From Pseudobacteriovorax sp. (GTDB taxonomy: Bacteria; Bdellovibrionota_B; Oligoflexia; Oligoflexales; Oligoflexaceae): 39,645 nucleotides of DNA. Positions 1-11,400 of this stretch are shown here, piece after piece (position 1 is the stretch's first letter; every line of letters begins with the position of its first letter). The translations under genes were made by a program, and so were the position numbers. The stretch is from contig JBNKNM010000031.1 in assembly GCA_050293845.1 (NCBI GenBank), positions 1-39,645 of the forward strand, in the 5' to 3' direction. The notes beneath the pieces are model-generated. The model had not been told where the DNA came from. It saw nothing but the letters and a program-made list of their open reading frames with translations, and did not search any database.

Positions 1-530
1 CATCTGACAACTAAATTATATCTGGTGTAACTCCATGTCAAGCGATTTAAGAACTGGAAGACATTGTACATTTATTATGCATGTACATTTGGTGTTTGTA
101 GCTAAATACCGTCGAAAAGTCTTCTCAAAACCTATACTAGATGACCTTGAGCAGATCTTCGCAAAGGTATGTAACGATTTCGAAAGCAATCTTGTCGAGT
201 TTGATGGGGAGCATGACCATGTTCACCTACTCGTCAATTATCCACCAAAGGTTTCAGTATCCAAATTGGTCAATAGCTTGAAAGGAGCTTCTTCACAAAG
301 AATTAGGAAAAGGGGTTACCCATCAGTACAAGAAGCATTATGGGGTGGAAGTCTGTGGTCTCGCAGTTACTTTGCTGGATCATGTGGCGGAGCGCCTATC
401 GATGTCATTAAGAAGTACATTGAGGAGCAGAATACACCTAATTGAAGATTTGCTCACCTCCGCTTTCGCTTCGGATCACAAACGCCTATCCATCCTGCAC
501 CTGAAGGAGCAGGTTTTCCGGCGATTTCTG
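1..530 (-). mobile_element. IS200/IS605-family (IS609-like) insertion sequence, left-end portion; element continues beyond the window's left edge
   Basis: Y1 transposase gene followed by a subterminal imperfect hairpin (494-513). On the minus strand the junction reads TTAT|CAGAAATCGCCGGAAAACCTGCTCCTTCAGGTGCAGG, the target tetranucleotide + guide + hairpin layout of IS605-group left ends. Confidence 0.8.
35..445 (+). CDS. tnpA: IS200/IS605 family Y1 (HUH) transposase TnpA
   Basis: 136 aa with HLVFVAKYRR, HUH motif DHVHLL, LKG.SS, LWS.SYF and catalytic Tyr helix KKYIEEQ. Confidence 0.97.
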   Translation: MSSDLRTGRHCTFIMHVHLVFVAKYRRKVFSKPILDDLEQIFAKVCNDFESNLVEFDGEHDHVHLLVNYPPKVSVSKLVNSLKGASSQRIRKRGYPSVQEALWGGSLWSRSYFAGSCGGAPIDVIKKYIEEQNTPN

Positions 531-534
531 ATAA
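494..534 (-). other. IS left-end hairpin, guide tetranucleotide (AAAA) and target site (TTAT)
   Basis: Hairpin CCTGCTCCT-TC-AGGTGCAGG (513-494), AAAA directly 5' of it (517-514), IS end at 530 and TTAT at 534-531. Fits the IS608-type guide/target pairing rule. Confidence 0.7.
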
Positions 535-885
535 ATATTGCAATCGATTTTAATTAGTTATGGGATTTTGATAATAATTAATATTTTCTTTAACAAATCA
601 TCGTATGAAAACTGTCATCCCACCTTGGATCATCGTGTCCATCTCTTGAATTTACCTGACAGGATGCACCACTCCATGGCAAGTAATAATCGAGTATATT
701 CTGCTCTTTATCTGCGACGTAATGGTCAACTTTAAAGGCTCTCCGTTTGAAAAATCAATTATCTTCCAGAGAACTACCTACCACTGGCAGAGTTAAAGGA
801 TGCTAGAATTTGCTTTGTAGGGGTATACAAAAAAGTTCAGAGATTTGGGTTATTTAATGACGATTATTGGATGTTACGGCTGCTA

Positions 886-962
886 TGGTGGGGTTGCCCA
901 GATTCGAACTGGGGACCTCTACGATGTCAACGTAGCGCTCTAACCAACTGAGCTACAACCCC
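886..962 (-). tRNA. tRNA-Val(GAC)
   Basis: GGGGTTG acceptor stem, anticodon arm CTACG-TTGACAT-CGTAG, TTCGAAT T-loop, encoded CCA. Confidence 0.97.
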
Positions 963-977
963 TAAGGGAGGAGATGT

Positions 978-1005
978 TATTTATCATAACTACGCTTCCT
1001 GTCAA
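978..1005 (-). promoter_or_regulatory. Putative sigma70 promoter of tRNA-Val
   Basis: TTGACA-16 nt-TAAATA with a TG extension, between the fusA stop and the tRNA. Confidence 0.5.
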
Positions 1006-1012
1006 CGAATTT

Positions 1013-3094
1013 CTAGAAGATCCCCTTAGTAACCCGTTCAAAAATGGCATCGGAAACTTGTTCGTAGGAGTTGAACACCATTGAATAAGTGGCACGCCCT
1101 TGGGATATGGAACGCAAACCTGTGCTATATCCAAACATTTCAGATAACGGAGCTATGGCTTCCACCTTTTGTAAATGCCCCTTCATACCCACATTACTAA
1201 TCCTTGCTCGCCGACTATTCAAATCAGTCATGATATTAGAAAGAAAATCCTCCGGAACCAGCACTTCCAAGTTCATAACCGGCTCCAAAAGAATGGGTGC
1301 TGTATCCCGTAAACCGCTTCTTAAGGCTTGGGTTGCGGCCACTTTAAAAGCATTGGCATCGGAAATTTCTTTATCAACTTTGACATTAATCAGTGTCACT
1401 TTAACATCTATAACTGGAAATCCCGCAATAACACCCACCTGCAGGGACTCCTGAAGTCCAGCTTTAACTGCTCTAACAAACTCTTCCGTAAAGCCATCTA
1501 TTTTTTTAACTGTATTCTCGAATACAAAGTTTTCTCCTTTGGGAGCGGGCTCAACTTTTATTTCAACGCCTGCAAATTGTCTTATTTTCTCTGTTTCCCG
1601 AGAAAATACCTGCTCAAATTTTCCTGAACTGGTAATGGATTCGCGGTAGCTGACCTGCGGCTTGCCAACATTGGCCGGCACCTTGAACTCCCGTAGTAGG
1701 CGATCTGTTATTATATCTAAGTGAAGCTCCCCCATGCCGCTGATAAGGGTTTGTCCGGTTTCACTATCGTAGCGTACTTTGAACGTGGGATCTTCCCTTT
1801 CAAGTCGCTCCAGCGCCTTTGTCATTTTATCGCTATCAGCAGAACTTTTCGGCTCGATGGCGATGGATATGACTGGTTCTGGTACATCTAATGACTCAAG
1901 ACGTATAGGGTTTTTAGTCTCACATAGGGTATCACCGGTACCAACATTTTTTAAACCAGCTAAAGCCACGATCTGACCTGCTTCGGCGTGAGGGATCTCG
2001 GTTCTCTGGTTGGCTTCCATCAGCAGAATTTTTGAGATGCGCTCCTTCTTATGCAGACGGGTATTGAGCACACTCTCTCCCGACTTCAGAACCCCTGAAT
2101 ATATCCTTGCGTAAGTCAGGTGTCCCACATAAGGATCATTTTGAATTTTAAATGCAAGCATCGTCAGCGGTTCATCAGTTGTGCGCTTTCTTGCAATTTC
2201 CTTTTCTTTGTCATCCGCCGTAAATCCGACAATGTCAGGAAGATCAAGGGGTGATGGTAGATAATCAGCCACAGCATCAATCAGGGGCTGTATACCCTTA
2301 TTCTTGAAAGCACTACCGCATAATACAGGAACAATATGCAGTGCAATCGTCGCCTGCCTTGCCACCCGTTTGATTTCTTCTACCGTTGGAGTTTCTCCTT
2401 CGAGAAACTTTTCCATCATATCGTCGTCATACTCAGCTAAAGCCTCGATGAGATTTTCTCGAGCAAGTTCGACGTCATCTACCATATCTTCTGGGATGCC
2501 CTGATGGGAAAACTCGGCCCCCGTCTCGTCAGACTCCCAAACAAGAGCTATCCTTTCGATTAAATCAACCATCCCCACAAATCCGTCTTCTTGTCCAATA
2601 GGAATCTGAAAAGGAATAGGGTTAGCAGCTAGCTGATTGCGAATGGATGCTACAGCTTCTTCAAAGTTTGCACCGACACGATCGAGTTTATTGATAAAGG
2701 CGAGCCTAGGAACCTTGTATTTATCGGCTTGTCGCCAGACGGTTTCAGACTGAGGCTCAACACCTGCCACACCATCAAATACAGCAATAGCTCCATCAAG
2801 AACCCGGAGCGAGCGCTCCACTTCCACTGTAAAATCCACATGTCCGGGAGTATCGATGATGTTAAGACAGTAGTTTTTCCAGAAGCAGGTTGTCGCTGCC
2901 GAGGTAATGGTGATCCCGCGCTCCTGCTCCTGCGCCATCCAGTCCATGGTTGCCGTTCCCTCGTGAACTTCACCAATTTTATGGATTTTTCCCGTATAAA
3001 ATAGAATTCGCTCCGTGCTAGTGGTCTTACCAGCATCAATATGTGCCATAATTCCGATGTTACGGAGTCGATCTAAAGGAAGCTTTTTGGACAT
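1013..3094 (-). CDS. fusA: Elongation factor G (str-operon copy, divergent domain IV)
   Basis: [26 protein letters not shown] and GMGELHL motifs; follows rpsL-rpsG. Confidence 0.95.
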   Translation of the reverse strand: MSKKLPLDRLRNIGIMAHIDAGKTTSTERILFYTGKIHKIGEVHEGTATMDWMAQEQERGITITSAATTCFWKNYCLNIIDTPGHVDFTVEVERSLRVLDGAIAVFDGVAGVEPQSETVWRQADKYKVPRLAFINKLDRVGANFEEAVASIRNQLAANPIPFQIPIGQEDGFVGMVDLIERIALVWESDETGAEFSHQGIPEDMVDDVELARENLIEALAEYDDDMMEKFLEGETPTVEEIKRVARQATIALHIVPVLCGSAFKNKGIQPLIDAVADYLPSPLDLPDIVGFTADDKEKEIARKRTTDEPLTMLAFKIQNDPYVGHLTYARIYSGVLKSGESVLNTRLHKKERISKILLMEANQRTEIPHAEAGQIVALAGLKNVGTGDTLCETKNPIRLESLDVPEPVISIAIEPKSSADSDKMTKALERLEREDPTFKVRYDSETGQTLISGMGELHLDIITDRLLREFKVPANVGKPQVSYRESITSSGKFEQVFSRETEKIRQFAGVEIKVEPAPKGENFVFENTVKKIDGFTEEFVRAVKAGLQESLQVGVIAGFPVIDVKVTLINVKVDKEISDANAFKVAATQALRSGLRDTAPILLEPVMNLEVLVPEDFLSNIMTDLNSRRARISNVGMKGHLQKVEAIAPLSEMFGYSTGLRSISQGRATYSMVFNSYEQVSDAIFERVTKGIF

Positions 3095-3096
3095 GA

Positions 3097-3199
3097 CCGG
3101 AGCGCCTTTCCTATAGGAAGTCAGCGCCCGGCACCGCTATAGCGCGACCGACAACGCTTTCTAAGACATTGATTCGAAATTGCCATTTGGACGGTCGGT
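3097..3199 (-). promoter_or_regulatory. Structured 5' leader of fusA; last hairpin sequesters the Shine-Dalgarno sequence
   Basis: Three stems on the minus strand: ACCGAC/GTCGGT (3199-3147), CGCTATAGCG (3144-3135) and CCGGGCGCTGACTTCC-TATA-GGAAAGGCGCTCCGG (3131-3097), which ends 2 nt before the ATG. Confidence 0.5.
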
Positions 3200-3214
3200 T
3201 ATACAAAAGAATTT

Positions 3215-3682
3215 TTACCAGCGATAGTGAGCGAAAGCTTTGTTAGCTTCAGCCATTTTATGGACGTCTTCGCGCCTTTTGATGGTAGCTCCCCGCTTAT
3301 TAGCTGCATCAACAAATTCTGAAGCCAAGCGTTCTTTCATACTTTTACCACTTCTCTTACGGGCAAACTCAATGAGCCAGCGAATGGCTAGAGCTTGACG
3401 GCGGTCGGGACGAATCTCGATAGGAACCTGATAGTTGGAACCACCAACACGACGAGACTTTACTTCAAGCATAGGCTTTGAATTCTCGACGGCATCTTTA
3501 AAAATATCGATTGGTTCGATACCCTGAGATTCAATCACTTCCATGGCACCATAAAAAGCCTTCTCTGCTGCAGACTTTTTACCGTGCTTCATCATGCAAT
3601 TTACAAACTTAGTAACGAGTTCTTCTTTATATTTTGGATCTGGTAGAACTTTTCTTTTCTGTGTTACGTGGCGACGGGCCAT
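3215..3682 (-). CDS. rpsG: 30S ribosomal protein S7
   Basis: [15 protein letters not shown] and [15 protein letters not shown] motifs. Confidence 0.99.
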   Translation of the reverse strand: MARRHVTQKRKVLPDPKYKEELVTKFVNCMMKHGKKSAAEKAFYGAMEVIESQGIEPIDIFKDAVENSKPMLEVKSRRVGGSNYQVPIEIRPDRRQALAIRWLIEFARKRSGKSMKERLASEFVDAANKRGATIKRREDVHKMAEANKAFAHYRW

Positions 3683-3707
3683 CGATCTACTCCAATTTTA
3701 TCTGGTT

Positions 3708-4082
3708 CTAGTTTTTTGGTTTCTTAGCGCCATACTTACTGCGGCCCTGACGACGGTTAGCGACTCCAGAAGTGTCTAAAGAGCCACGTACGATATGGTA
3801 ACGGACACCGGGAAGGTCTTTTACTTTACCACCACGGACAAGAACCACACTATGCTCTTGTAAGTTGTGGCCTTCACCACCGATATATGACGTCACTTCG
3901 ATACCGTTAGTTAATCGAACCCTTGCAACCTTACGCAGTGCAGAGTTAGGCTTTTTAGGAGTCGTTGTATAAACACGTACACAAACACCACGCCTTTGTG
4001 GACAACTTTTAAGTGCTGGTGCCTTGGTCCGGTTCTTTTGAACTGTTCGCCCTTTAGCGATAATCTGATTGATGGTTGGCAT
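3708..4082 (-). CDS. rpsL: 30S ribosomal protein S12
   Basis: [17 protein letters not shown] and KDLPGVRYH motifs. Confidence 0.99.
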   Translation of the reverse strand: MPTINQIIAKGRTVQKNRTKAPALKSCPQRRGVCVRVYTTTPKKPNSALRKVARVRLTNGIEVTSYIGGEGHNLQEHSVVLVRGGKVKDLPGVRYHIVRGSLDTSGVANRRQGRSKYGAKKPKN

Positions 4083-4123
4083 ACTTCATAATCCTTACTA
4101 CAACACCTAACAAGAGGGATGTA

Positions 4124-4152
4124 TCACTACCAAGCTCTTAGAAATAAAGCAA
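4124..4152 (-). promoter_or_regulatory. Putative sigma70 promoter of the str operon
   Basis: TTGCTT-17 nt-TAGTGA upstream of rpsL; only a moderate consensus match. Confidence 0.35.
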
Positions 4153-4173
4153 GGTCAAATTAATCTATTTGTT

Positions 4174-4207
4174 CAAAATTCGAGGCTCCCCCTAATAGAG
4201 GCGCCTC
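4174..4207 (-). terminator. Possible intrinsic terminator after rpoC
   Basis: Imperfect hairpin GAGGCGCCTCT-ATT-AGGGGGAGCCTC followed by GAATTTTG. Confidence 0.4.
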
Positions 4208-4229
4208 ATCATTCCTGAGTCTAGTAAAA

Positions 4230-7200
4230 CTAGCTATTTGTAGCCTCTGCCAGCTCTGCCATACGCAACTCTTGCATAGCATCTCGTGTCTGAGACTCCA
4301 AGCTACGGTAAAGAGTTGAACCAGTACCAGCTGGGATCAACCTCCCCATAATGACATTCTCTTTAAGTCCCCTGAGGTGATCCACCTTAGAGTTAATGGC
4401 AGCTTCCGTTAGAACTTTTGTAGTTTCTTGGAAGGACGCTGCTGAAATAAAGCTGTCCGTTGATAAAGAGGCTTTCGTAATACCAAGCAATAATGGTTCA
4501 AAAATGGCCTCTTGACCACCAGATGCTTTAATTTTCACGTTAGCATCTTCCACTTCAAAACGCTCTACTTGCTCACCAGGTAGGAAGCGCGTATCTCCAG
4601 GACTTAAGACCTTAACTCTTCTACTCATTTGACGCACAATAACTTCGATGTGTTTATCGTTAATTTTTACACCTTGGAGACGATAAACATCCTGAATCTC
4701 ATCTACAAGGAATTTAGCCAGAGCTAAATTCCCCATAATGGCGAGAATGTCATGAGGACTTTGGGCCCCATCGACAATAGCCTCTCCTTTTCTAATATAA
4801 TCCCCTTCGGTTACAACAACATGTCGTCCTTTAGGGATCAAGAATTCGGAGCTCTCGCCATCATCTGAGACCACAATGATTTTACGCTTACCTTTTGAAT
4901 CAGCTCCAAAAGAAACCGTACCATCACGGTCAGACATAATAGCAACATCCTTAGGCTTGCGCGCTTCAAAAAGCTCTGCAACACGAGGAAGACCACCGGT
5001 AATATCTTTCGTTTTGGCTGTTTCCCGTGGGATCTTAGCCATCACATCACCAGGTGCCACCTCAGAACCTTTTTCCACAAATACCGTAGCGCCTACAGGT
5101 AAAGCATATCTAGCATCACGTTTGCCATCAATGTTGATAGTGGTTCCATCCTCTCCAACTATCTCCAGGGCCGGTTTAAGGTCTGTGCCACGTGTTTCAA
5201 TAATGACCTTACGAGTTAAGAAGGTAACCTCATCGGTTCGCTCTTCTATGGACTGGCCCTCGCGCATATCGGCATAACTAATTTTACCACCAACTTCGGC
5301 AATGATGGAAACCGCAAACGGGTCCCATTCTGCTAAAGAATCACCAGCTTCTACCTCTTGGTTTTCTTTAACCACGAGGACGGTACCATAGGAAATAGGA
5401 TAAGTGTCCCTATGGGCTCCTGTATCCTTGTCAAAGACCTTAAGCTCACCGTTTCGGCTCAGAACAACATTTTGTCCATCACGGTTTGCTACCAGTTTAA
5501 TACGCTCAAACTTGACGATACCGGTGAAGTTGGTTTCCAAAGTATTTTTTTCGACTTTATGGGTTACCGTACCACCAAAGTGGAAGGTACGCATGGTAAG
5601 CTGAGTACCTGGCTCACCGATGGACTGCGCCGCAATAACCCCTATTGCTTCTCCTGTGTTGATCAAGTGTCCTGTCGCTAGGTCACGACCATAACACTTA
5701 GCGCAAATACCCATGCGGGTATTACAAGTCAGTACTGATCTGATTCTAATAAGCTCAACACCAGCATCATCAATTCTCTGCGCCAGCTCCTCGTCAACAA
5801 TATCGCCTTTTCCTGCAATCACCTCATTGGTGTTATGGTCGATAACCTCGTCAAGAAGAGTTCTACCTAAGGTACGCTCACCGATAGAAAGCTTTATTTC
5901 GCTACCTTCGCGCAAAGCTACCATTTGAATGCCTTTGCCTGTTCCACAATCCAGTTCCGAAATGGTGGCATCCTGAGCCACATCTACCAGACGTCTGGTC
6001 AGATATCCGGAACTAGCTGTTTTTAAAGCAGTATCGGCGAGACCTTTACGCGCCCCATGGGTCGAGGTAAAGTACTCAAGAACCGACAAACCCTCACGGA
6101 AGTTTGCCGTAATGGGAGTTTCGATGATTTCTCCAGAAGGCTTCGCCATCAATCCCCGCATTCCTGCAAGCTGACGTATCTGCTGCGCAGATCCCCTGGC
6201 TCCAGAATCGGCCATCATGAAGATCGAGTTATCGCTAGGAACTTCTTGAATAGCTCCGGTGTAATCAGTTTTTTGCTGCTTTGCAATGTTACTGATCATC
6301 TCTTCAGCTATATTTTCAGTGACTTTGGCCCAAATATCGACCACCTTGTTGTAGCGCTCTCCCTCGGTCAGTAGACCTTCGGAGTACTGCTCTTTAATAC
6401 GGCGCACCTCATCATAGGCTGCATCCAGTAGCTTGCTCTTGCCTTCCGGTACAACCATGTCGCCGATGGCGATGGAGAGGCCAGCTTTGGTGGAGTAACG
6501 ATAACCAGTTGCCCGCAAAGCATCGGCGAGGAGTACAGTTTTCTTCGGACCCGCAGCTCTGAACGTATCATCCACAAGCGCCGCAAGCTCCTTCTTACCC
6601 ATCATTCTATTGATAGAGTCAAAGGGCACTTCATTAGGCAGAATTTCCGATAGAATAACACGGCCAACAGTACTCTTTTTTAACTCACCATTAATTCTAA
6701 CAGTGATAGGGGCTTGTAGATCTACTCCATCATGATCGTAAGCAGAGCGTACTTCCTCCACAGAAGCAAACACCTTACCCGCACCATGGGCCTCTATATT
6801 CTCTTTTGTCATATAATAAATTCCCAGAACAATATCCTGGGTGGGAACAATTACAGGAGATCCTGATGCCGGACTCAGAATATTATTGGTCGACATCATC
6901 AGAACACGGGCTTCCATCTGGGCTTCCACCGACAGCGGTACATGGACAGCCATTTGGTCACCATCAAAGTCAGCATTGAAGGCAAAGCAAACAAGCGGGT
7001 GCAGCTGAATGGCCTTACCTTCGATCAATACCGGTTCAAAGGCCTGGATACCCAATCTGTGCAGGGTAGGGGCCCGATTCAACAATACTGGGTGCTCTTT
7101 TGTAACTTCTTCTAAAATATCCCAAACTTCTGGCCGTTCTTTTTCAACAAGCTTTTTCGCTGATTTGATTGTTGAAACGATACCGTGCTCTTCCAGCTTA

Positions 7201-8360
7201 TTGTAGATAAAGGGTTTGAATAGCTCGATGGCCATTTTTTTGGGCAGACCACACTGATGTAATTTCAATTGAGGTCCTACGACAATGACCGAGCGGCCAG
7301 AGTAATCGACACGCTTACCAAGAAGGTTTTGACGAAAACGTCCCTGCTTTCCTTTCAACATATCCGAAAGGGAGCGCAGAGCCCTTTTATTGGGTCCTGT
7401 AAAGACCTTACCGCGACGACCATTGTCGAATAAAGCATCTACAGCTTCCTGGAGCATCCGCTTTTCATTACGAATGATGATTTCAGGTGCATTAAGTTCA
7501 ATGAGCCGTAACAAGCGATTGTTACGGTTGATCACGCGCCGGTATAGGTCGTTAAGATCTGAAGTTGCAAATCGCCCCCCATCTAGCGGCACTAGAGGTC
7601 GTAAGTCTGGAGGTAGAACCGGAATAACCGACAGCATCATCCATTCGGGTTTAGCGTCCGTATTGTTAAACGCCTCAACAACCTTAAGGCGTTTTTGAAT
7701 TTTCTTGCGCGCTGCTTCGGAGGTAGCCTCCAGTAGTGCTTTTCTTAAATCATCGGCCAAGTCCTCAATTCTCAGCCCACTTAGCAGCTCTTGAATCGCT
7801 TCAGCCCCAACACCAACCCTAAAGGCACCATTACCATGTTCTTGGAGCAGCGTATCATACTCATCTTCACTGATCACTTGCCCGATAGCTAATCCGGTAA
7901 GCTCTTCATTACCTGGATCAAGAATTACGTAGGATTCACTATAAAGAATTCTTTCAACGTCTTTTAACGCAATATCAAGAATAGATCCTATTCTTGAGGG
8001 TAACGACTTCAAAAACCAAATATGAGCTACAGGAACAGCAAGGTTAATATGGCCAAGCCTCTCTCTTCGAACCTTTGAAGAGATGACCTCCACACCACAC
8101 TTATCGCAGACAATGCCGCGGTGCTTCATTCTCTTATACTTACCGCATATACACTCATAATCGCGGACAGGGCCAAATATCTTAGCGCAAAAAAGTCCAT
8201 CGCGTTCTGGCTTAAACGTTCGATAGTTTATAGTTTCCGGTTTTTTCACTTCACCAAACGACCAACTGCGGATTTTCTCCGGCGAGGCCAGAGAGATTTT
8301 TATGGCTGTAAAGCTCAGTGGATCTGTTGGCTTGTCGAAGAAATTTACTAGATCGTTCAA
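4230..8360 (-). CDS. rpoC: DNA-directed RNA polymerase subunit beta'
   Basis: [11 protein letters not shown] catalytic motif and N-terminal Zn-binding cysteines; TTG start with GGAGG SD. Confidence 0.99.
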   Translation of the reverse strand: MNDLVNFFDKPTDPLSFTAIKISLASPEKIRSWSFGEVKKPETINYRTFKPERDGLFCAKIFGPVRDYECICGKYKRMKHRGIVCDKCGVEVISSKVRRERLGHINLAVPVAHIWFLKSLPSRIGSILDIALKDVERILYSESYVILDPGNEELTGLAIGQVISEDEYDTLLQEHGNGAFRVGVGAEAIQELLSGLRIEDLADDLRKALLEATSEAARKKIQKRLKVVEAFNNTDAKPEWMMLSVIPVLPPDLRPLVPLDGGRFATSDLNDLYRRVINRNNRLLRLIELNAPEIIIRNEKRMLQEAVDALFDNGRRGKVFTGPNKRALRSLSDMLKGKQGRFRQNLLGKRVDYSGRSVIVVGPQLKLHQCGLPKKMAIELFKPFIYNKLEEHGIVSTIKSAKKLVEKERPEVWDILEEVTKEHPVLLNRAPTLHRLGIQAFEPVLIEGKAIQLHPLVCFAFNADFDGDQMAVHVPLSVEAQMEARVLMMSTNNILSPASGSPVIVPTQDIVLGIYYMTKENIEAHGAGKVFASVEEVRSAYDHDGVDLQAPITVRINGELKKSTVGRVILSEILPNEVPFDSINRMMGKKELAALVDDTFRAAGPKKTVLLADALRATGYRYSTKAGLSIAIGDMVVPEGKSKLLDAAYDEVRRIKEQYSEGLLTEGERYNKVVDIWAKVTENIAEEMISNIAKQQKTDYTGAIQEVPSDNSIFMMADSGARGSAQQIRQLAGMRGLMAKPSGEIIETPITANFREGLSVLEYFTSTHGARKGLADTALKTASSGYLTRRLVDVAQDATISELDCGTGKGIQMVALREGSEIKLSIGERTLGRTLLDEVIDHNTNEVIAGKGDIVDEELAQRIDDAGVELIRIRSVLTCNTRMGICAKCYGRDLATGHLINTGEAIGVIAAQSIGEPGTQLTMRTFHFGGTVTHKVEKNTLETNFTGIVKFERIKLVANRDGQNVVLSRNGELKVFDKDTGAHRDTYPISYGTVLVVKENQEVEAGDSLAEWDPFAVSIIAEVGGKISYADMREGQSIEERTDEVTFLTRKVIIETRGTDLKPALEIVGEDGTTINIDGKRDARYALPVGATVFVEKGSEVAPGDVMAKIPRETAKTKDITGGLPRVAELFEARKPKDVAIMSDRDGTVSFGADSKGKRKIIVVSDDGESSEFLIPKGRHVVVTEGDYIRKGEAIVDGAQSPHDILAIMGNLALAKFLVDEIQDVYRLQGVKINDKHIEVIVRQMSRRVKVLSPGDTRFLPGEQVERFEVEDANVKIKASGGQEAIFEPLLLGITKASLSTDSFISAASFQETTKVLTEAAINSKVDHLRGLKENVIMGRLIPAGTGSTLYRSLESQTRDAMQELRMAELAEATNS

Positions 8361-8414
8361 ATCAATATACCTCCATGAGGGGTAAGTTTACTGCATGCCC
8401 AAACATGCAGATGT

Positions 8415-11400
8415 TTACGCAAATCCATCTAAACCAATTTCTTGATCGTCTCTAATAAGATTCACATCAAGACCAAGGCTTTGGAGCTCTTTGACTAATA
8501 CGTTAAAGCTTTCAGGAAGGCCTGGCATCATCATGTTTTGACCTTTGACTATGGACTCATACATCCTCGTCCGGCCTAACACATCGTCAGACTTCACAGT
8601 TAAGAACTCTTGTAAGGTATTCGCCGCACCATAAGCTTCCATCGCCCATACTTCCATCTCCCCAAGACGCTGACCACCAAATTGGGCTTTACCACCCAAA
8701 GGTTGCTGCGTAACAAGTGAATAGGGACCGATAGACCTAGCGTGTATCTTCTCATCAACAAGGTGATGCAGTTTGAGCACATACATCACACCAACAGTCA
8801 CTCTATTATCAAACCGATTCCCGGTTCTGCCGTCAAAAAGTTCACTTTGTCCATCCAGGCCTAGATTTGCCAGCTCAAGGTAGCGATGAATATCTGATTC
8901 CTTAGCCCCGTCAAACACTGGATTCGCCAGATGAACCCCTTCACGATATTTCACAACGAAGGTTTTCAATTGTTCATCGGTACAACTGCGGACAAAGCTT
9001 TCAATTTCCTTGTCCCCTGACCAAATGTTGCAAGCCATGTCCTCGATTTCTTTACGGTCGAAGTTGTCTTCCATCATTTGGTTGAGGCGCTCTCCTACAC
9101 CTTTTGCCGCCCATCCCAGATGAGTTTCCAAGATCTGCCCTACATTCATCCGCGAGGGAACACCTAGTGGATTCAATACAATATCCACAGGGCGACCATC
9201 ACTTAGGAAAGGCATATCCTCTTCAGGTAGAATGCGCGATACGACACCCTTATTCCCATGCCTACCTGCCATTTTATCACCGACCTGAAGTTTTCTCTTG
9301 ATGGCCACATATATTTTAACCATCTTGATAACACCGGGCGGAAGTTCGTCTCCCTTACGAACCTTCTTAATTTGCTCTTCAGTCATAAAGCGAATGAGGT
9401 TAATTTTTTCCCGGAGGTTCTCAACCACCTGCGAAAGCAGATTGCTTTTTTCAGCATCACGAACGGACAAGTGATCCCAATAGACATAGTCTAAATGAGT
9501 AAGGAAATCTGCACTCAATACTGTACCTGCCGTTGCAATAGACTCCCCATCACGACCACGGATATCACCAGCTAAACTTTCACCTTCAACTATTCTTGCA
9601 ATTTTACGAGCAGCCGATTCCTTGATAATAAAGATCCGGTCACTTTCATCCTTGCGAAGCTTCGCAATTTCCGCATCTTCGATCTGAACAGTACGTATGT
9701 CCTTTACGGCGCCTTCACGCGCGTAAATCTTGGCACCAATGACTGTTCCTACAACTCCCGGTGGAACCCGCAACGAGGTATCCCGCACATCTCCGGCCTT
9801 TTCACCAAAAATAGCACGTAAAAGCTTCTCTTCGGGAGTGAGCTGGGTTTCTCCTTTGGGAGTGATCTTACCAACAAGGAGGTCGTTCGGCCTCACTTCA
9901 GCACCAACCCTGATAATACCAGCATCGTCAAGATTACGTAATGCTTCCTCACCAACATTGGGTATATCAGAAGTGATCTCTTCCTGCCCAAGCTTGGTGT
10001 CACGAGAAATACATTCAAACTCCTGAATGTGAATACTGGTGTATAGATCCTCTTTGACGACCCGCTCTGATATAAGGATGGAGTCCTCAAAGTTGTAACC
10101 GCTCCATGGCATGAAGGCGACCACAACATTTTGACCTAGAGCAAGCTCACCCATTTCAGTGGCAAATCCATCGCCGATGATATCGCCTTTCTTGACTTTT
10201 TCACCTTTTACTACGATAGATTTTTGGTTGATACAGGTATCAACATTAGAACGCTTGTTCTTTTCTAATTTGTATATATCAACTTCAGCGCCTACCTCTG
10301 TAATGGATTCAGAGGTATCCTCAGACTTGATAACGATCCTCTCGGCATCAACGGCAACAACTACCCCGTCACGCTTAGCGACAATGGTTGCACCTGAGTC
10401 ACGGGCTACGATCCTCTCCATTCCTGTTCCCACCAGTGGAGCACGAGTTTTGAGAAGGGGAACCGCTTGCCTCTGCATGTTTGAACCCATAAGGGCTCTG
10501 TTGGCATCATCATTCTGTAAGAACGGGATCAAATTGGCAGCTACTGAAACCAACTGGGATGGAGAAACATCCATCAAATCTGCTTCTTCGGCGCGAACGA
10601 TTTCACTTTCACCCGCTCGCCGAGCGTAGACCATTTCATCTGCCGATTTAATCAAGGAGGCCTGAGCGATCACATGATCGGTATGCTCTTCTGCAGCTGA
10701 GAAATAACGTACTTCCCCTTCACTGTTGTAGTCGCTTGAAAGGGATCTAAATGGCGTTTCAATAAAGCCATAATCGTTAACCTTAGCATAACTTGCCAAA
10801 GATGAAATCAAGCCAATATTGGGACCTTCGGGGGTCTCAATAGGGCATATACGACCATAGTGAGTGGGATGCACATCTCGCACTTCAAAACCAGCCCGCT
10901 CTCGGCTCAAACCACCAGGTCCTAAAGCTGACAAGCGTCTTTTATGGGTAACCTCCGATAAGGGGTTGGTTTGATCCATAAACTGACTGAGCTGAGAACT
11001 CCCAAAAAACTCTTTCACTACAGCAGAAGCCGGCTTGTTATTCACAAAGTCATGGGGAAGCAAGGTATCGACATCACCCAGCTGTAATCTTTCACGGATA
11101 GCCCGTTCGATTCTAAGCAGACCAATGCGGTACTGATTCTCTAATAACTCGCCAACAGCCCGAACCCGCCGGTTACTCAAGTTGTCAATATCATCAATTT
11201 GACCTTTATCATTTTTCAAGCCTAACAGGTATTCTACAGTTTTAAGAATATCCTCTTTAGTTAAGGTCCTAGTTTCGACAGGAAGGTCTAGCCCTAGCTT
11301 TTCGTTGAGCTTCATACGCCCGACAGCACTGAGATCATAGCGATCTGGATTAAAAAATAAGTTATCAAATAAAGCTGTTGCTGGCTCAATAGTGGGAGGA

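Noticed and set aside
10910..11010. Rifampicin-resistance substitutions in rpoB cluster I
   Set aside because: The region has the usual sensitive-type residues (Q, D, H, R, S conserved).
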